NCBI GenBank assembly: GCA_041483635.1
Contig: JBGPGA010000002.1
Location: forward strand, 1 to 58,680
Source: Thermoplasmata archaeon
GTDB lineage: Archaea > Thermoplasmatota > Thermoplasmata > RBG-16-68-12
Direction of reading: 5' to 3'
Length of the DNA stretch: 58,680 nucleotides
A program made the translations under genes and the position numbers. The first letter of the stretch is position 1, and every line of letters begins with the position of its first letter. This document shows positions 17,875-26,764 of the stretch, piece by piece. The notes below the pieces were generated by a model. The model saw only the letters and a list, made by a program, of their open reading frames with translations, was not told the DNA's origin and searched no databases.

Positions 17875-20436
17875 ATGCCTCGAGATGGGGACACACCCCT
17901 CGCGCGCTTCGCGCACGCCATCGCAGTCGGAGACGGATTCTCCTTGGGCGCTCCTGTCCTCTCGGACGACGGTTCCACGGTGACCGTGCCCGTCCTTCAG
18001 ACCCGAGCCCGCGAGCGGCGATACGTCCTCGCTCAGGAGGTCTCGGACCTGATTTCGGCCGTCGACCCGGGCCAGCTTGATCGGCTGCGGGTGCGCAATG
18101 CGACCGCGTCGCGGGTGCTCCTCCTCCCGGGCTCGCTCTTCGAGGGAAAGAAGACCCCGTCCCGCGCCACGACCGCGGGCGCCTTCCTCGAACCGAAGTC
18201 CGAGGCGGAGATCGAGGTCAAGTGCGTGCATGCGTCGCAGTCCATCACAACCGGGGCCGTCCTCCCTCTCGCTGACGCTCTGGCGCCTGCGGCGGTCCGC
18301 CAGGCGCTGCTGGCCCGCGACCAAGGCTGGGTCTGGACCTCCGTGGACCAGGCCGTGGCGGCGCAGCAGGGTTCCTCGTCAGTAGTGTCGACTGTTGAAT
18401 CGGAGTCACAAGCCTCGGATGATCTTCTCGCCGGGGCGGCGGCATCCAGCCCGAACCATCTCGGTCGAGAAACGATGCCTCCGGGAACCGCGTCGGACAC
18501 GCGGCAGTGCGGGGTCGCCATCCTCGACGCCGGGGGCGTCGTCGTACTCGAGATCTTCGACAGCCCTACATCTTGGCGCGTCGCCTCTCCGCTCATCCGG
18601 AAGCAACGTACCGATCCCATCCAGCCGAATCGCCGCTCCCCTCTGATTGTGGGCCTGATTCCCCAGAGGGCCTCTGAAGCCGCCCGGGAGTTCCTCACAC
18701 GGATCGGGGAGGTCGAACACCGCCGCGTGACTCCGCACAGCGCGGTGGCCCCTGACTCGATGTCGGAATACACGGACCTGGATGGGGAGATTGTCCATCT
18801 CATCGCGTTCGGCCGTCTCGACTCACGGCGGGAGCCTGCAGCCGAGGCGCCCGGACTCTCTCTCGCGGGGTTTCCAGCCCATGGGGATTCCGACCGCGGA
18901 ATCGCCGATTCCCCGCTGGCCAACGCCGCGCCGATCGCGCTCGATGGGGACGTCGCGGTGGCTCAGGGCCCCGCAGTAGACTTGGAAGACGAACCTGAGC
19001 CCAGGGGATCGGGGAACCGCCCGCGCCGACGAAAAGTATTAACGAGCGGCTGGGACGCCTCGACGTTCGAATCCCTCGAGCGCTACTCCCGGAAGGAGTT
19101 CGGCGGAGACCGCTCCGCCGCGATGCGCTTCCTCGTCCGCCAAGGACTAGGCCGGCGCGGATACATGGGCCCGCGGCCCCAACGCCCCGCACCCGCGATC
19201 CTGCCATCCGCCGAACCCGAGGCGGCGACCCTCCGCGGGGAGATGGGTCGCGCGACCCTGGAATCGAGGATTCAGGACTACGAGCGGATCGCCCAGACCG
19301 ATGCCTACGCCGGATGGCTTCGCACGCGGGCCCGCGTCGAGCTGGAGCGGCTGGCAGAGGACGAGGCGGACGAACTCCTTCGCGCGGCCGCTCAATCCGC
19401 CCTGGAACGGCTTCCCTCCCCCGTCCCGCTTCCTGAGACCCCTCCCCCTATCGAGGAGGAGCCTCTCCTCCCGCCTCCGGTGGACGTGCGCCCCCTGCTG
19501 CGGCGGGCTTTCTTGGCGAGTGCGGGCGGCCGCTATGCCGACGCCCTCGCGTTGTTCGACAAGGTCCTCGATGCGGAGCCGGACAACCGCACCGCGCTGT
19601 TGGGCCGCGCGGTCGCCCTCCGTCGGTCCGGCAAGGGCCCCGAGGCGCTCGCCGCGCTCGACCTCGTCCTGGGTCTGGAACCCCTGAACGCGGCCGCCTT
19701 GCTGAACCGCGGCCGCGTCCTCCAGGAGCGAGGGGATTTCCCAGGGGCTCTGGAGACGTTCGACCGACTCGCGGCCGTCGCGCCGAACGACTGGGACGTG
19801 TGGATGGCGCGGGGCGACGTCCTTGCGCGGATGGGCCAGGATCGGGAGGCGCTCGGCGCATACTCCGAGGCCCTCCGGCGGAACCCGGACGACGAGGGCC
19901 TCAAGACGAGGATCCGTGCCCTGGAACGAATCCGGCTGGCGCCGGCTCCGGCACCCCTCCCGCGCGTCGCGCTGCCCCGGGACGTCCAGGGAGGCCAATC
20001 CTACCTGGTGAAGGAGGGGAAGGTCGATCTGAGCTACCGCGTGTTCCGGATGCTCGCAGGCCGGAAGCTCCCCTCCCTCGTGATCACCCATCAGGCCCCG
20101 GAGATGGTCCGCGCGGAACAGGGGCTCTTGGACGTGCCGATCCTGGAGCTCAGCCACGCGGCCGGAGTGGATCGGATCGCCCCGACCTCCCTCGCCGTCC
20201 TGACGAAGACGATCGAGCGGTTCGTGGAAGATCATCGGGGCCATGCCGCGATTCTCCTTGATGGCCTCGGGATGCTTGTCGCGAACAACGGAACCCGGGA
20301 CACGGTCCTCTTCCTCGAACGCGTGAATGAAGCGATCCTTCCGTCCCAGTCTGTCTTCCTGATCTCGGTCACGCCGGGGGATCTGGGCGAGAAGGAGACC
20401 GCGATCCTGGAACGCGATCTCCGGGTCCTTTCCTGA
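17875..20436 (+). CDS. Large multidomain protein: uncharacterised N-domain, acidic linker, RHH-like segment, TPR repeats, C-terminal DUF835-like module
   Basis: Start at ATG 17875 (853 aa). TTG 17794 in the track lies only 14 nt after the tRNA. TPR-like repeats (ALALFDKVLDAEPDN, ALAALDLVLGLEPLN, ALETFDRLAAVAPND, ALGAYSEALRRNPDD). The C-terminus SLVITHQAPE...AAILLDGLGMLV...VFLISVTPGDL resembles archaeal DUF835. Confidence 0.75.
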   Translation: MPRDGDTPLARFAHAIAVGDGFSLGAPVLSDDGSTVTVPVLQTRARERRYVLAQEVSDLISAVDPGQLDRLRVRNATASRVLLLPGSLFEGKKTPSRATTAGAFLEPKSEAEIEVKCVHASQSITTGAVLPLADALAPAAVRQALLARDQGWVWTSVDQAVAAQQGSSSVVSTVESESQASDDLLAGAAASSPNHLGRETMPPGTASDTRQCGVAILDAGGVVVLEIFDSPTSWRVASPLIRKQRTDPIQPNRRSPLIVGLIPQRASEAAREFLTRIGEVEHRRVTPHSAVAPDSMSEYTDLDGEIVHLIAFGRLDSRREPAAEAPGLSLAGFPAHGDSDRGIADSPLANAAPIALDGDVAVAQGPAVDLEDEPEPRGSGNRPRRRKVLTSGWDASTFESLERYSRKEFGGDRSAAMRFLVRQGLGRRGYMGPRPQRPAPAILPSAEPEAATLRGEMGRATLESRIQDYERIAQTDAYAGWLRTRARVELERLAEDEADELLRAAAQSALERLPSPVPLPETPPPIEEEPLLPPPVDVRPLLRRAFLASAGGRYADALALFDKVLDAEPDNRTALLGRAVALRRSGKGPEALAALDLVLGLEPLNAAALLNRGRVLQERGDFPGALETFDRLAAVAPNDWDVWMARGDVLARMGQDREALGAYSEALRRNPDDEGLKTRIRALERIRLAPAPAPLPRVALPRDVQGGQSYLVKEGKVDLSYRVFRMLAGRKLPSLVITHQAPEMVRAEQGLLDVPILELSHAAGVDRIAPTSLAVLTKTIERFVEDHRGHAAILLDGLGMLVANNGTRDTVLFLERVNEAILPSQSVFLISVTPGDLGEKETAILERDLRVLS

Positions 20437-20500
20437 TCCGATCGCTCCGTTCGCGGTCCTCGTCAGGCTTATGCGCGGGCAGGGGCTCCGGCCGAATGGG

Positions 20501-21064
20501 ATGGAGACCCGGCGATCGCACCCGGACCCTGCAGGCGTCGTCACCCGGAGGGCTGTCCCCGCGGACGCGCCGGCCCTGGCCGAGATCTACAACGATGCGA
20601 TCGAGGAGAGGATCGCCACGTTCGAGACCGCACCCCGTTCGGAGTCGGCCATGCGCGATTGGATCGGCCAGCACGACGACTTCCACCCCGTCCTCGTGAC
20701 CGAGGTCTCCGATCCGGGAGGCGATGCGAAGGGAGGTCATCAGGTCGTCGCATGGGCCTCCATCGCGAGCTACCGGCCCCGGGAGTGCTACGTAGGGGTC
20801 GGCGAGTTCTCCATCTATGTCCAGGCGGGCTACCGTGGCCGCGGCATCGGACAACACCTCCTTGGCTCGCTCGTCGACGAAGCCCGCGAGCTCGGGTACT
20901 GGAAGCTCGTTTCGCGAATGTTCCCTCACAACACGGCGAGCCGTCGGCTCGTGGCTCGCTGCGGCTTCCGAGAGGTCGGCGTGTACGAGAAGCACGGGAA
21001 GCTGGACGGCCGCTGGCTGGACACGGTCATCGTGGAGCGGCTGATCCCAGAGAACCTCCGCTGA
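20501..21064 (+). CDS. GNAT N-acetyltransferase, phosphinothricin/methionine-sulfoximine acetyltransferase-like
   Basis: ALAEIYNDAIEERIATFE, QAGYRGRGIGQHLL and HNTASRRLVARCGFREVG. ATG 20501 lies 35 nt from TATA-like GGCTTATG. Confidence 0.8.
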   Translation: METRRSHPDPAGVVTRRAVPADAPALAEIYNDAIEERIATFETAPRSESAMRDWIGQHDDFHPVLVTEVSDPGGDAKGGHQVVAWASIASYRPRECYVGVGEFSIYVQAGYRGRGIGQHLLGSLVDEARELGYWKLVSRMFPHNTASRRLVARCGFREVGVYEKHGKLDGRWLDTVIVERLIPENLR

Positions 21065-21153
21065 GGCCATCGATTCCGGCCTCCCTGACGGCCCCCGCGT
21101 CATATGCCTCACCCTTATGCGACGAACGGGAATGAGGTTAGGGAGGATTGTCC

Positions 21154-21699
21154 ATGGCGAAGAAGACGAAGCGGACCGCCAAAAGACCGCGCCTCGCGCA
21201 GAAGCTGAGCCCGATTCCGCCGGGCATGCGCACCGTGACCCCGTACCTCTTCATTGCGGGCGCGGCGCAGGCCCTCGAGTTCTACAAGAGGGCCTTCGGG
21301 GCGAAGGAGATTTCACGACAGCCCACGCCGGATGGCAAGCTCATCCACGCGATGATGAAGATCGGCGATTCCTTTGTCATGCTGTCCGATGCGTTCGAGG
21401 AATCCTCGACGCGGTCACCCACGAGTGTCGGCGCCCTCACATCCATGCTCCACGTCTACACGAAGGATGTGGACAAGCTCTGGAACCAGGCCCTCGCGGC
21501 GGGCGCCAAGGTCGCCATGCCGCTCGACGACGTGTTCTGGGGCGAACGGTACGGGCAGCTCGAGGACCCGTTCGGACACCGATGGACGCTCTCCATGCGG
21601 ATTCCGATGAGCCGCGAGGAACGCGAGGCGAAGCAGAAGGCCGCAATGGCGATGTTTGCCCACGGCGAACATCCGGGCGCGGAGCCGCAATCACGCTAG
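21154..21699 (+). CDS. VOC/glyoxalase-fold protein (PhnB-like)
   Basis: VTPYLFIAGAAQALEFYKRAFGA and FWGERYGQLEDPFGHRWTL are typical of PhnB-like VOC proteins. A basic N-terminal extension is present. ATG 21154 is preceded by GGGAGGA. Confidence 0.75.
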   Translation: MAKKTKRTAKRPRLAQKLSPIPPGMRTVTPYLFIAGAAQALEFYKRAFGAKEISRQPTPDGKLIHAMMKIGDSFVMLSDAFEESSTRSPTSVGALTSMLHVYTKDVDKLWNQALAAGAKVAMPLDDVFWGERYGQLEDPFGHRWTLSMRIPMSREEREAKQKAAMAMFAHGEHPGAEPQSR

Positions 21700-22628
21700 C
21701 CGTGCTCCGCGTCTTCGAAGACCGCAGCCCGGTGCGATTCCGGGAGGAAGGCGTAGACCCGGTCGCGCGCGGCATCGACGCCGATCGTATGGGCCCCTTT
21801 CTCCGTGGGGCAGGATTCGATCCGCTCCAGGGTCTGCGTGTCGAAGACGTCGATGACGCCGGGGTCACCGATGGCGACGTAGAGGTGGTTCCTGTGGGAG
21901 TTGAGGAAGACCACATCGGGCGGACCGCTGAGCGGCCGCTCGTCGAGGGTCTCGCCCGAGGACCGGTTGAGGACGATGAGCCGACCGTCGTCACATGCGC
22001 AGAAGAGGCGCCCGCGCGTCGCGTCGAGGTCCAGGCCGTGCGGTCCGGTGGCCGGGATGGGCAACGTGCGTGCGACCTGATCCGGATGCGGGATGTCGAT
22101 GACCGCGATCTGAGGCGGGTCGCGGATGTTGACGTAGAAGGCCCGCGTCTTGTCGTCGTAGAGGGGCCATCGGGTGCGGCCGGCAACCGGAACACTCGCA
22201 ATCATCGTCCTGGAGGCGATGTCCACCAGGGAGACCGTGGTGGAACCCGGGATCTTCGGGTCGCCCACATTCGCCGCCAGGAGCAGGCCGCGGGAGGGAG
22301 CGAACGCCAGGCCGTTTGGGTGGACACCCACCTTCACCTTTCCCGCGTCGGCATCCTTCCCGTCCTCGAATATGCTGACGGTGTTCTCTCCGCGATTCGA
22401 GGTGAAGACGAGATTCCTTTCGTCGGAGACGAGGACGCCCGCCACGCCCCTCAGGCCGGTGATGGATCGAAGGTAGCGGTCCGTCCGGAGGTCGATGATG
22501 TCGACCGCGTCGTTCGCGGTATGGGCCAGGTAGAGGCGGCCCGAGGCTCCATGGACGGCCGCGTGGTCGAACCCGCCCTCTCCGTGGTGTTCCGGAAGCG
22601 CGATGAAACCCCGGGGTTCGAGGCTCAT
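21696..22628 (-). CDS. YVTN-type beta-propeller repeat protein
   Basis: Repeated approximately 40-aa units (VHPNGLAF, GPHGLDLD, ...). ATG 22628 overlaps the TGA of the upstream ChrB-like gene (TGATG). Confidence 0.7.
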   Translation of the reverse strand: MSLEPRGFIALPEHHGEGGFDHAAVHGASGRLYLAHTANDAVDIIDLRTDRYLRSITGLRGVAGVLVSDERNLVFTSNRGENTVSIFEDGKDADAGKVKVGVHPNGLAFAPSRGLLLAANVGDPKIPGSTTVSLVDIASRTMIASVPVAGRTRWPLYDDKTRAFYVNIRDPPQIAVIDIPHPDQVARTLPIPATGPHGLDLDATRGRLFCACDDGRLIVLNRSSGETLDERPLSGPPDVVFLNSHRNHLYVAIGDPGVIDVFDTQTLERIESCPTEKGAHTIGVDAARDRVYAFLPESHRAAVFEDAEHG

Positions 22629-23092
22629 CAGGCCGCGTGCTCCAGCTTCCCCTTCCCTTCGACCTTCAGCTTGCAATAGGTGTACAGGGCGTCGTACGCG
22701 GGGAACTGGAGCCGCATGTTGTCGTGGTCATCCTTCGCGTTCGTGCGGAACCCGAGGGCCATCGCCTCCAGGCCGGCCCCTTCCGGCCGCGGCCGCCGAG
22801 GCGCCGCGTCCGCGGTGCGGACGACTTCCGCCATGTCGAGCAGGGCGGGGTCCGTGAGTTTGTACTTCCGGATGATCGCATCGAAGCTGCAGCGCTCGTC
22901 GTCCCCCTCTTTGAAGTGGTGGAGCTCGGCTCCCGGCGTGTCGAACGGGATGGCGCCCTGCTCCTTCGCTACGTCGAGGACCTTCTCCCTCGGGACGAAC
23001 AGGAACTCCGCCTTCGGATCGACGAACCGGGAGATGAGCCAGGGACAGGCGATCCGGTCCACCTTGGCCTTCTCTCTCGTCACCCATTTCAT
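22628..23092 (-). CDS. ChrB C-terminal-domain-like (chromate resistance family) protein
   Basis: MKWVTREKAKVDRIACPWLISRFVDPKAEFLFV matches the conserved N-terminus of the Chrom_res domain as I recall it. GGAGG lies 8 nt before the ATG. Confidence 0.65.
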   Translation of the reverse strand: MKWVTREKAKVDRIACPWLISRFVDPKAEFLFVPREKVLDVAKEQGAIPFDTPGAELHHFKEGDDERCSFDAIIRKYKLTDPALLDMAEVVRTADAAPRRPRPEGAGLEAMALGFRTNAKDDHDNMRLQFPAYDALYTYCKLKVEGKGKLEHAA

Positions 23093-23159
23093 GTGTCGTT
23101 CCTCCAGGGAAGCCCGACGGCCCGCCGGCTACAAAAGGCTGGTGCCCAAACGACATCCG

Positions 23160-24284
23160 TCATCCGGGCGGGGGCTTGCCTGGGGTCTCCTTCCCCTTCT
23201 CCTCCGGCGGGTGGACCTTCCGGAAGCTCACGTAGATCAAGGCGTCGTACAGCAGCTTGAGGGCCCCGGCGGCCACGAGCGGCGTGCCGAGCCAGAGGTT
23301 CTCCAAGGCGTACCCCGCGATGGAGGGGCTGATGGACGAGGTGACGGTTCGCGTGGTGCTTGTGAACCCTGCCGCCGGTGTTCGGTCTGCCTCGTCCACG
23401 ATGGCCATGACGTAGGATTGCCGCGTGGGCACGTCCATCTGGGAAAGCGACTGCCGGCAGAGGAGCAGGACCACCGCACCCAGGGCGGTCGGCGCGAAGG
23501 CGACCCCGATGAGGAAGACGTTCGAGGGCACGTGGGTGAAGACCATCGTTCGGAGCAGCCCGATTCGTTTGGCGATGGGAGTCGCGAGGAAGAAAGACCC
23601 GGCGGTCACGAGCTGGGTGAGGAGGAAGAGGAAGCCGAGGGAGCCCAGTTTCAGTCCGAACCGGTCCGCGAAGTACAGCGAGAGGATGTTCCCGCCGATG
23701 AAGCCCCCGCCGAACGAATCGATTGCAAACAACCCGGAAAGGCGGTACACGATGGGCCGGGCCTTCGGAGAGAGGACCGCGCGTTTCGTTGCGGCGGCGT
23801 CCGATTCGACCTGCTTCGATAACCGGGAGTAGAGGAACGCCCCGAGCAGCCCCGACGCGAGGTAGCCGAGGAAGAAGGGCCGCAGCTGGTCCGGCGACGG
23901 GGTCGATGCGAGGCCGGCCAGGCCCGCCCCCACGGCCGACGCTCCGTATCCCACGAAGTTGTAGACGCTGAAGGCGAACGTCCTGCGGCTCGACTCGCAG
24001 GTCCGCGGCAGGATGGCCTGCTCGAGGGAGAGGAACGGCCCGACCTCCCCCGCGCCGACGGTCATGTTGCCGACGATCCCCGCGAAGACCGGGGCCCACC
24101 AGGCCGTCGAGCTGAAGAGGAGCGCGCCCGCGATGCAATCGGTGAGCGCGAAGAACACGAGCGTTCGCCTGCGCCCGATGCGATCTGCGACGAAGCTGAT
24201 GACGAACGTGTACAGCGCGCTGCTGAGGATCGTGAGCGTCAGGACGATGCCGATTTGGACGAGGCTGAACCCGAGGTACTGCAA
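23160..24284 (-). CDS. MFS transporter (5' end unresolved)
   Basis: 11 TM helices and motif A (VADRIGRRR) after the first helix of the track ORF. The missing TM1 (TIPYGFLSVAFSLYL) is encoded in frame upstream of the TTG at 24284 but has no canonical start codon. See finding. Confidence 0.7.
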   Translation of the reverse strand: MQYLGFSLVQIGIVLTLTILSSALYTFVISFVADRIGRRRTLVFFALTDCIAGALLFSSTAWWAPVFAGIVGNMTVGAGEVGPFLSLEQAILPRTCESSRRTFAFSVYNFVGYGASAVGAGLAGLASTPSPDQLRPFFLGYLASGLLGAFLYSRLSKQVESDAAATKRAVLSPKARPIVYRLSGLFAIDSFGGGFIGGNILSLYFADRFGLKLGSLGFLFLLTQLVTAGSFFLATPIAKRIGLLRTMVFTHVPSNVFLIGVAFAPTALGAVVLLLCRQSLSQMDVPTRQSYVMAIVDEADRTPAAGFTSTTRTVTSSISPSIAGYALENLWLGTPLVAAGALKLLYDALIYVSFRKVHPPEEKGKETPGKPPPG

Positions 24285-24553
24285 GTATAGGGAGAAGGCT
24301 ACGCTCAGGAACCCGTAGGGGATCGTCCGCGTCGCCTTCTCGAGGAAGACGAGCTTCCCATCCCGGCTGATCCAGTCACCGTAGCCCAGCAGAGACCCTC
24401 CCTGCCCTCGTTCTTGTCACGTGGGCATGGCCGGCAGGGTCATCAGGCCTTCGGAGCCGGTCCTTCCGCGGGGGCCGTCAGAGGGCTAGCAGCGGTCCCA
24501 AGGACGATGCGTCCATCGGGGCGCCGCAAGAGGCAGGGGGTTCGGCGGGCGGG

Positions 24554-24558
24554 AAAAA
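24554..24558 (-). terminator. Oligo-T tract (T5) flanked by GC-rich inverted repeat
   Basis: Minus strand reads TGA-CGGCGGCCCGTCCCC-TTTTT-CCCGCCCGCCG starting at the stop of ORF 24574-25374. Archaeal terminators are typically T-runs. Confidence 0.35.
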
Positions 24559-24573
24559 GGGGACGGGCCGCCG

Positions 24574-25374
24574 TCACAGCGGCCCGCAAGTGTAGGTGGG
24601 GTGGTTCGGGATCCCGAGGCCATCCGGGCGCTCGGCCCAGAACTTGAACTCGAAGCTCCCCCGGGATTGCGGGTGGATTTCCACGAGGAAGCCGTCCTGG
24701 GAGCCGTCTCCCGAAGCGACGACGTGGTCGGAGAAAGGCACGATGAGGGTCCAGTCCGTCGCGCCCGACGTCCAGGCGACCATGCCGTAGTAGTTCAGGA
24801 CCTTCAGGAGGTCCGACCCGGAGTTGCGGACGGCGTCCGTCGCATTGAGCCCGGGGCTGATCAGGGACCGGTAACCCTTCGCGTCCCGCTCCAGGATCTC
24901 ATGGAGGACGACGGGCCAGTAGTCTGCGCCCCCGATTGCCGCCGTGAGCGTGTGGGCCGTTGTTCCCGCGGGGAAGGAAACGCCCTTCGCCGCAAGGAGG
25001 GGACCGTCCCATCCGATGTAGTAGTCCAGCGTGCGGGAGCTGACGACCTCTTCGGCGCCGCACCCCGCGTAGACGGTCAGCTCGTTCGGCGCCGTGTTGT
25101 TCGGGTTCCGTGCTTCGATCCTCAGCACCGCGGGGACGGGTCGGTTCGCGTTGTTCGTCATCGTCGCGACGACCCGGAAGACCTCGCCCGGGGCGACCGT
25201 CATCGGGACGCCCTCCACGGTCAGGGTGATGGCCTGTCCGTTCACGACGACGGTTCGGTCCACGGTGTTGCTGATCGTGGGCGTGAGCACGCCCACCGCG
25301 CTTGCCGCGAGGAGGACCACCAGGAGGATCGTCCATCGCGTCCGTAGTTTCGTTCCAAGACCCATCGCTTGCAC
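24574..25374 (-). CDS. Secreted or membrane-anchored hypothetical protein
   Basis: 266 aa with an N-terminal signal/anchor (RTRWTILLVVLLAASAVGVL) followed by a beta-rich sequence. No family recognised. Confidence 0.55.
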   Translation of the reverse strand: MQAMGLGTKLRTRWTILLVVLLAASAVGVLTPTISNTVDRTVVVNGQAITLTVEGVPMTVAPGEVFRVVATMTNNANRPVPAVLRIEARNPNNTAPNELTVYAGCGAEEVVSSRTLDYYIGWDGPLLAAKGVSFPAGTTAHTLTAAIGGADYWPVVLHEILERDAKGYRSLISPGLNATDAVRNSGSDLLKVLNYYGMVAWTSGATDWTLIVPFSDHVVASGDGSQDGFLVEIHPQSRGSFEFKFWAERPDGLGIPNHPTYTCGPL

Positions 25375-25491
25375 CTCGTCCGCGCACCGCGCGGGACGAA
25401 GCCGGACACGGCGGCCCGACCCGGATAAGCCGACGTCGTACAGTCACCGTGCACGTAGCCGTCCGAGACGGCGATCGGGCCGCGCCGACAT

Positions 25492-25499
25492 GTTAAATA
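25492..25499 (+). promoter_or_regulatory. TATA-like element GTTAAATA for the thiolase-hbd unit
   Basis: 49 nt upstream of TTG 25541. The leader contains GGGAGAGGAG. Confidence 0.5.
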
Positions 25500-25540
25500 G
25501 AACGCGGGGTTCTTGCATCGTTCGCGGGAGAGGAGACCCC

Positions 25541-26710
25541 TTGACCGAGGTCGTCATCGCCGGCGCTTGTCGCACGCCCATCGGGAAATACGGCCGCGCG
25601 TTCCGCAACGTCGAGGCGGTCAAGCTCGGGAGCCTCGTCGTCGCGGAGGCCGTGAAGCGCACGGGGCTCGTCGGCGCGGACATCGAGGAGGTCATCCTGG
25701 GCAACGTGATCCAGGCGGGGCTCGGCCAGAACCCGGCCCGCCAGGCCGCGCTCTACGCGGGACTGCCGGACCGCATCGGCGCCGTGACGGTCAACAAGGT
25801 GTGCGCGAGCGGGATGAAGAGCGTCGCGATCGCCGCGGACGCGATCCGCGCGGGGTCCGAGGAGGTCATCGTGGCGGGCGGCATGGAGTCGATGAGTCGC
25901 GCGCCCTACCTCGTGAAGGAGGCGCGGTGGGGCATCGGGTACAACCACGTGCCGTTCCTCGACGCGATGGTCCATGACGGCCTCTGGGACGCATACAACC
26001 AGTTTCACATGGGGGTGACCGGCGAGATTGTCTCGGAGCGGTTCAAGGTCAGCCGCGAGGATCAGGATGCTTTCTCGCTGGATAGCCACCGCCGCGCGGC
26101 CCAGGCAACGCTGGAGGGCAAGTTCAAGGAGGAGATCCTCCCCGTCGAGCTGCCTGGTCAGGCCCGCGTCGACTTGGACGAGGGCATCCGCCAGGACACG
26201 TCCCTGGAGAAGCTCGCGAAGCTGACGCCCGTGTTCCGAGAGCACGGGGTCGTGACGGCGGGAAACGCGTCCCAGCTCAGCGACGGGGCGTCCGCGATGG
26301 TCGTGATGTCCCGGCAGGCCGCGGACCGCCACGGCGTCCAGCCCCTCGCCAAGATTGTGGACTACGTTACCTCCGGTGTCAAGCCCGAGCTCGTCATGGA
26401 GGCCCCGATCCCCGCGGTCCGGAAAATCCTGAAGAAGACCGGCCTGACAATCGACGCCTTCGACCTCATCGAGCACAACGAGGCGTACGCGGCCGCGAGC
26501 GTGGCGGTGATGAAGGAGCTCGGGATCGACCACGCGAAATTCAACGTGAACGGGGGAGCGGTCGCCTTGGGCCACCCCCTCGGCTGCAGTGGCGCGCGGA
26601 TCCTGACGACCCTCGCGTACGCGATGAAGGATCGGGGCGCGAAGCGAGGCCTCGCGACCCTCTGCCTCGGCGGGGGGAACGCGATGGCGATGATCCTCGA
26701 GCGGCCTTGA
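25541..26710 (+). CDS. Acetyl-CoA C-acetyltransferase (thiolase II)
   Basis: VVIAGACRTPIGKYG, VNKVCASGMKS (active-site Cys), and NVNGGAVALGHPLGCSGARI. TTG start preceded by GGGAGAGGAG. TATA GTTAAATA at 25492. Confidence 0.9.
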   Translation: MTEVVIAGACRTPIGKYGRAFRNVEAVKLGSLVVAEAVKRTGLVGADIEEVILGNVIQAGLGQNPARQAALYAGLPDRIGAVTVNKVCASGMKSVAIAADAIRAGSEEVIVAGGMESMSRAPYLVKEARWGIGYNHVPFLDAMVHDGLWDAYNQFHMGVTGEIVSERFKVSREDQDAFSLDSHRRAAQATLEGKFKEEILPVELPGQARVDLDEGIRQDTSLEKLAKLTPVFREHGVVTAGNASQLSDGASAMVVMSRQAADRHGVQPLAKIVDYVTSGVKPELVMEAPIPAVRKILKKTGLTIDAFDLIEHNEAYAAASVAVMKELGIDHAKFNVNGGAVALGHPLGCSGARILTTLAYAMKDRGAKRGLATLCLGGGNAMAMILERP

Positions 26711-26764
26711 CCGCCACCCCGCCGGTGCATACGCTCATTACAACGTCCCGGCTACGCGCCCGCC

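Noticed and set aside
24417-24419. In-frame TGA of the MFS gene as a selenocysteine codon.
   Set aside because: No SECIS-like structure is evident. The position is in a poorly conserved cytoplasmic N-terminus, and no Sec machinery is seen in the window. A mutation, sequencing error or alternative start is more likely.
17706-25400. Integrated mobile element at tRNA-Arg.
   Set aside because: There is no integrase, transposase or phage gene. By eye I found no downstream direct repeat of the tRNA 3' end (GGTTCGAATCCCCGCGTGCCC). The GC content of the following genes looks host-like. The unusual 853-aa gene is kept as a finding, not as a mobile element.
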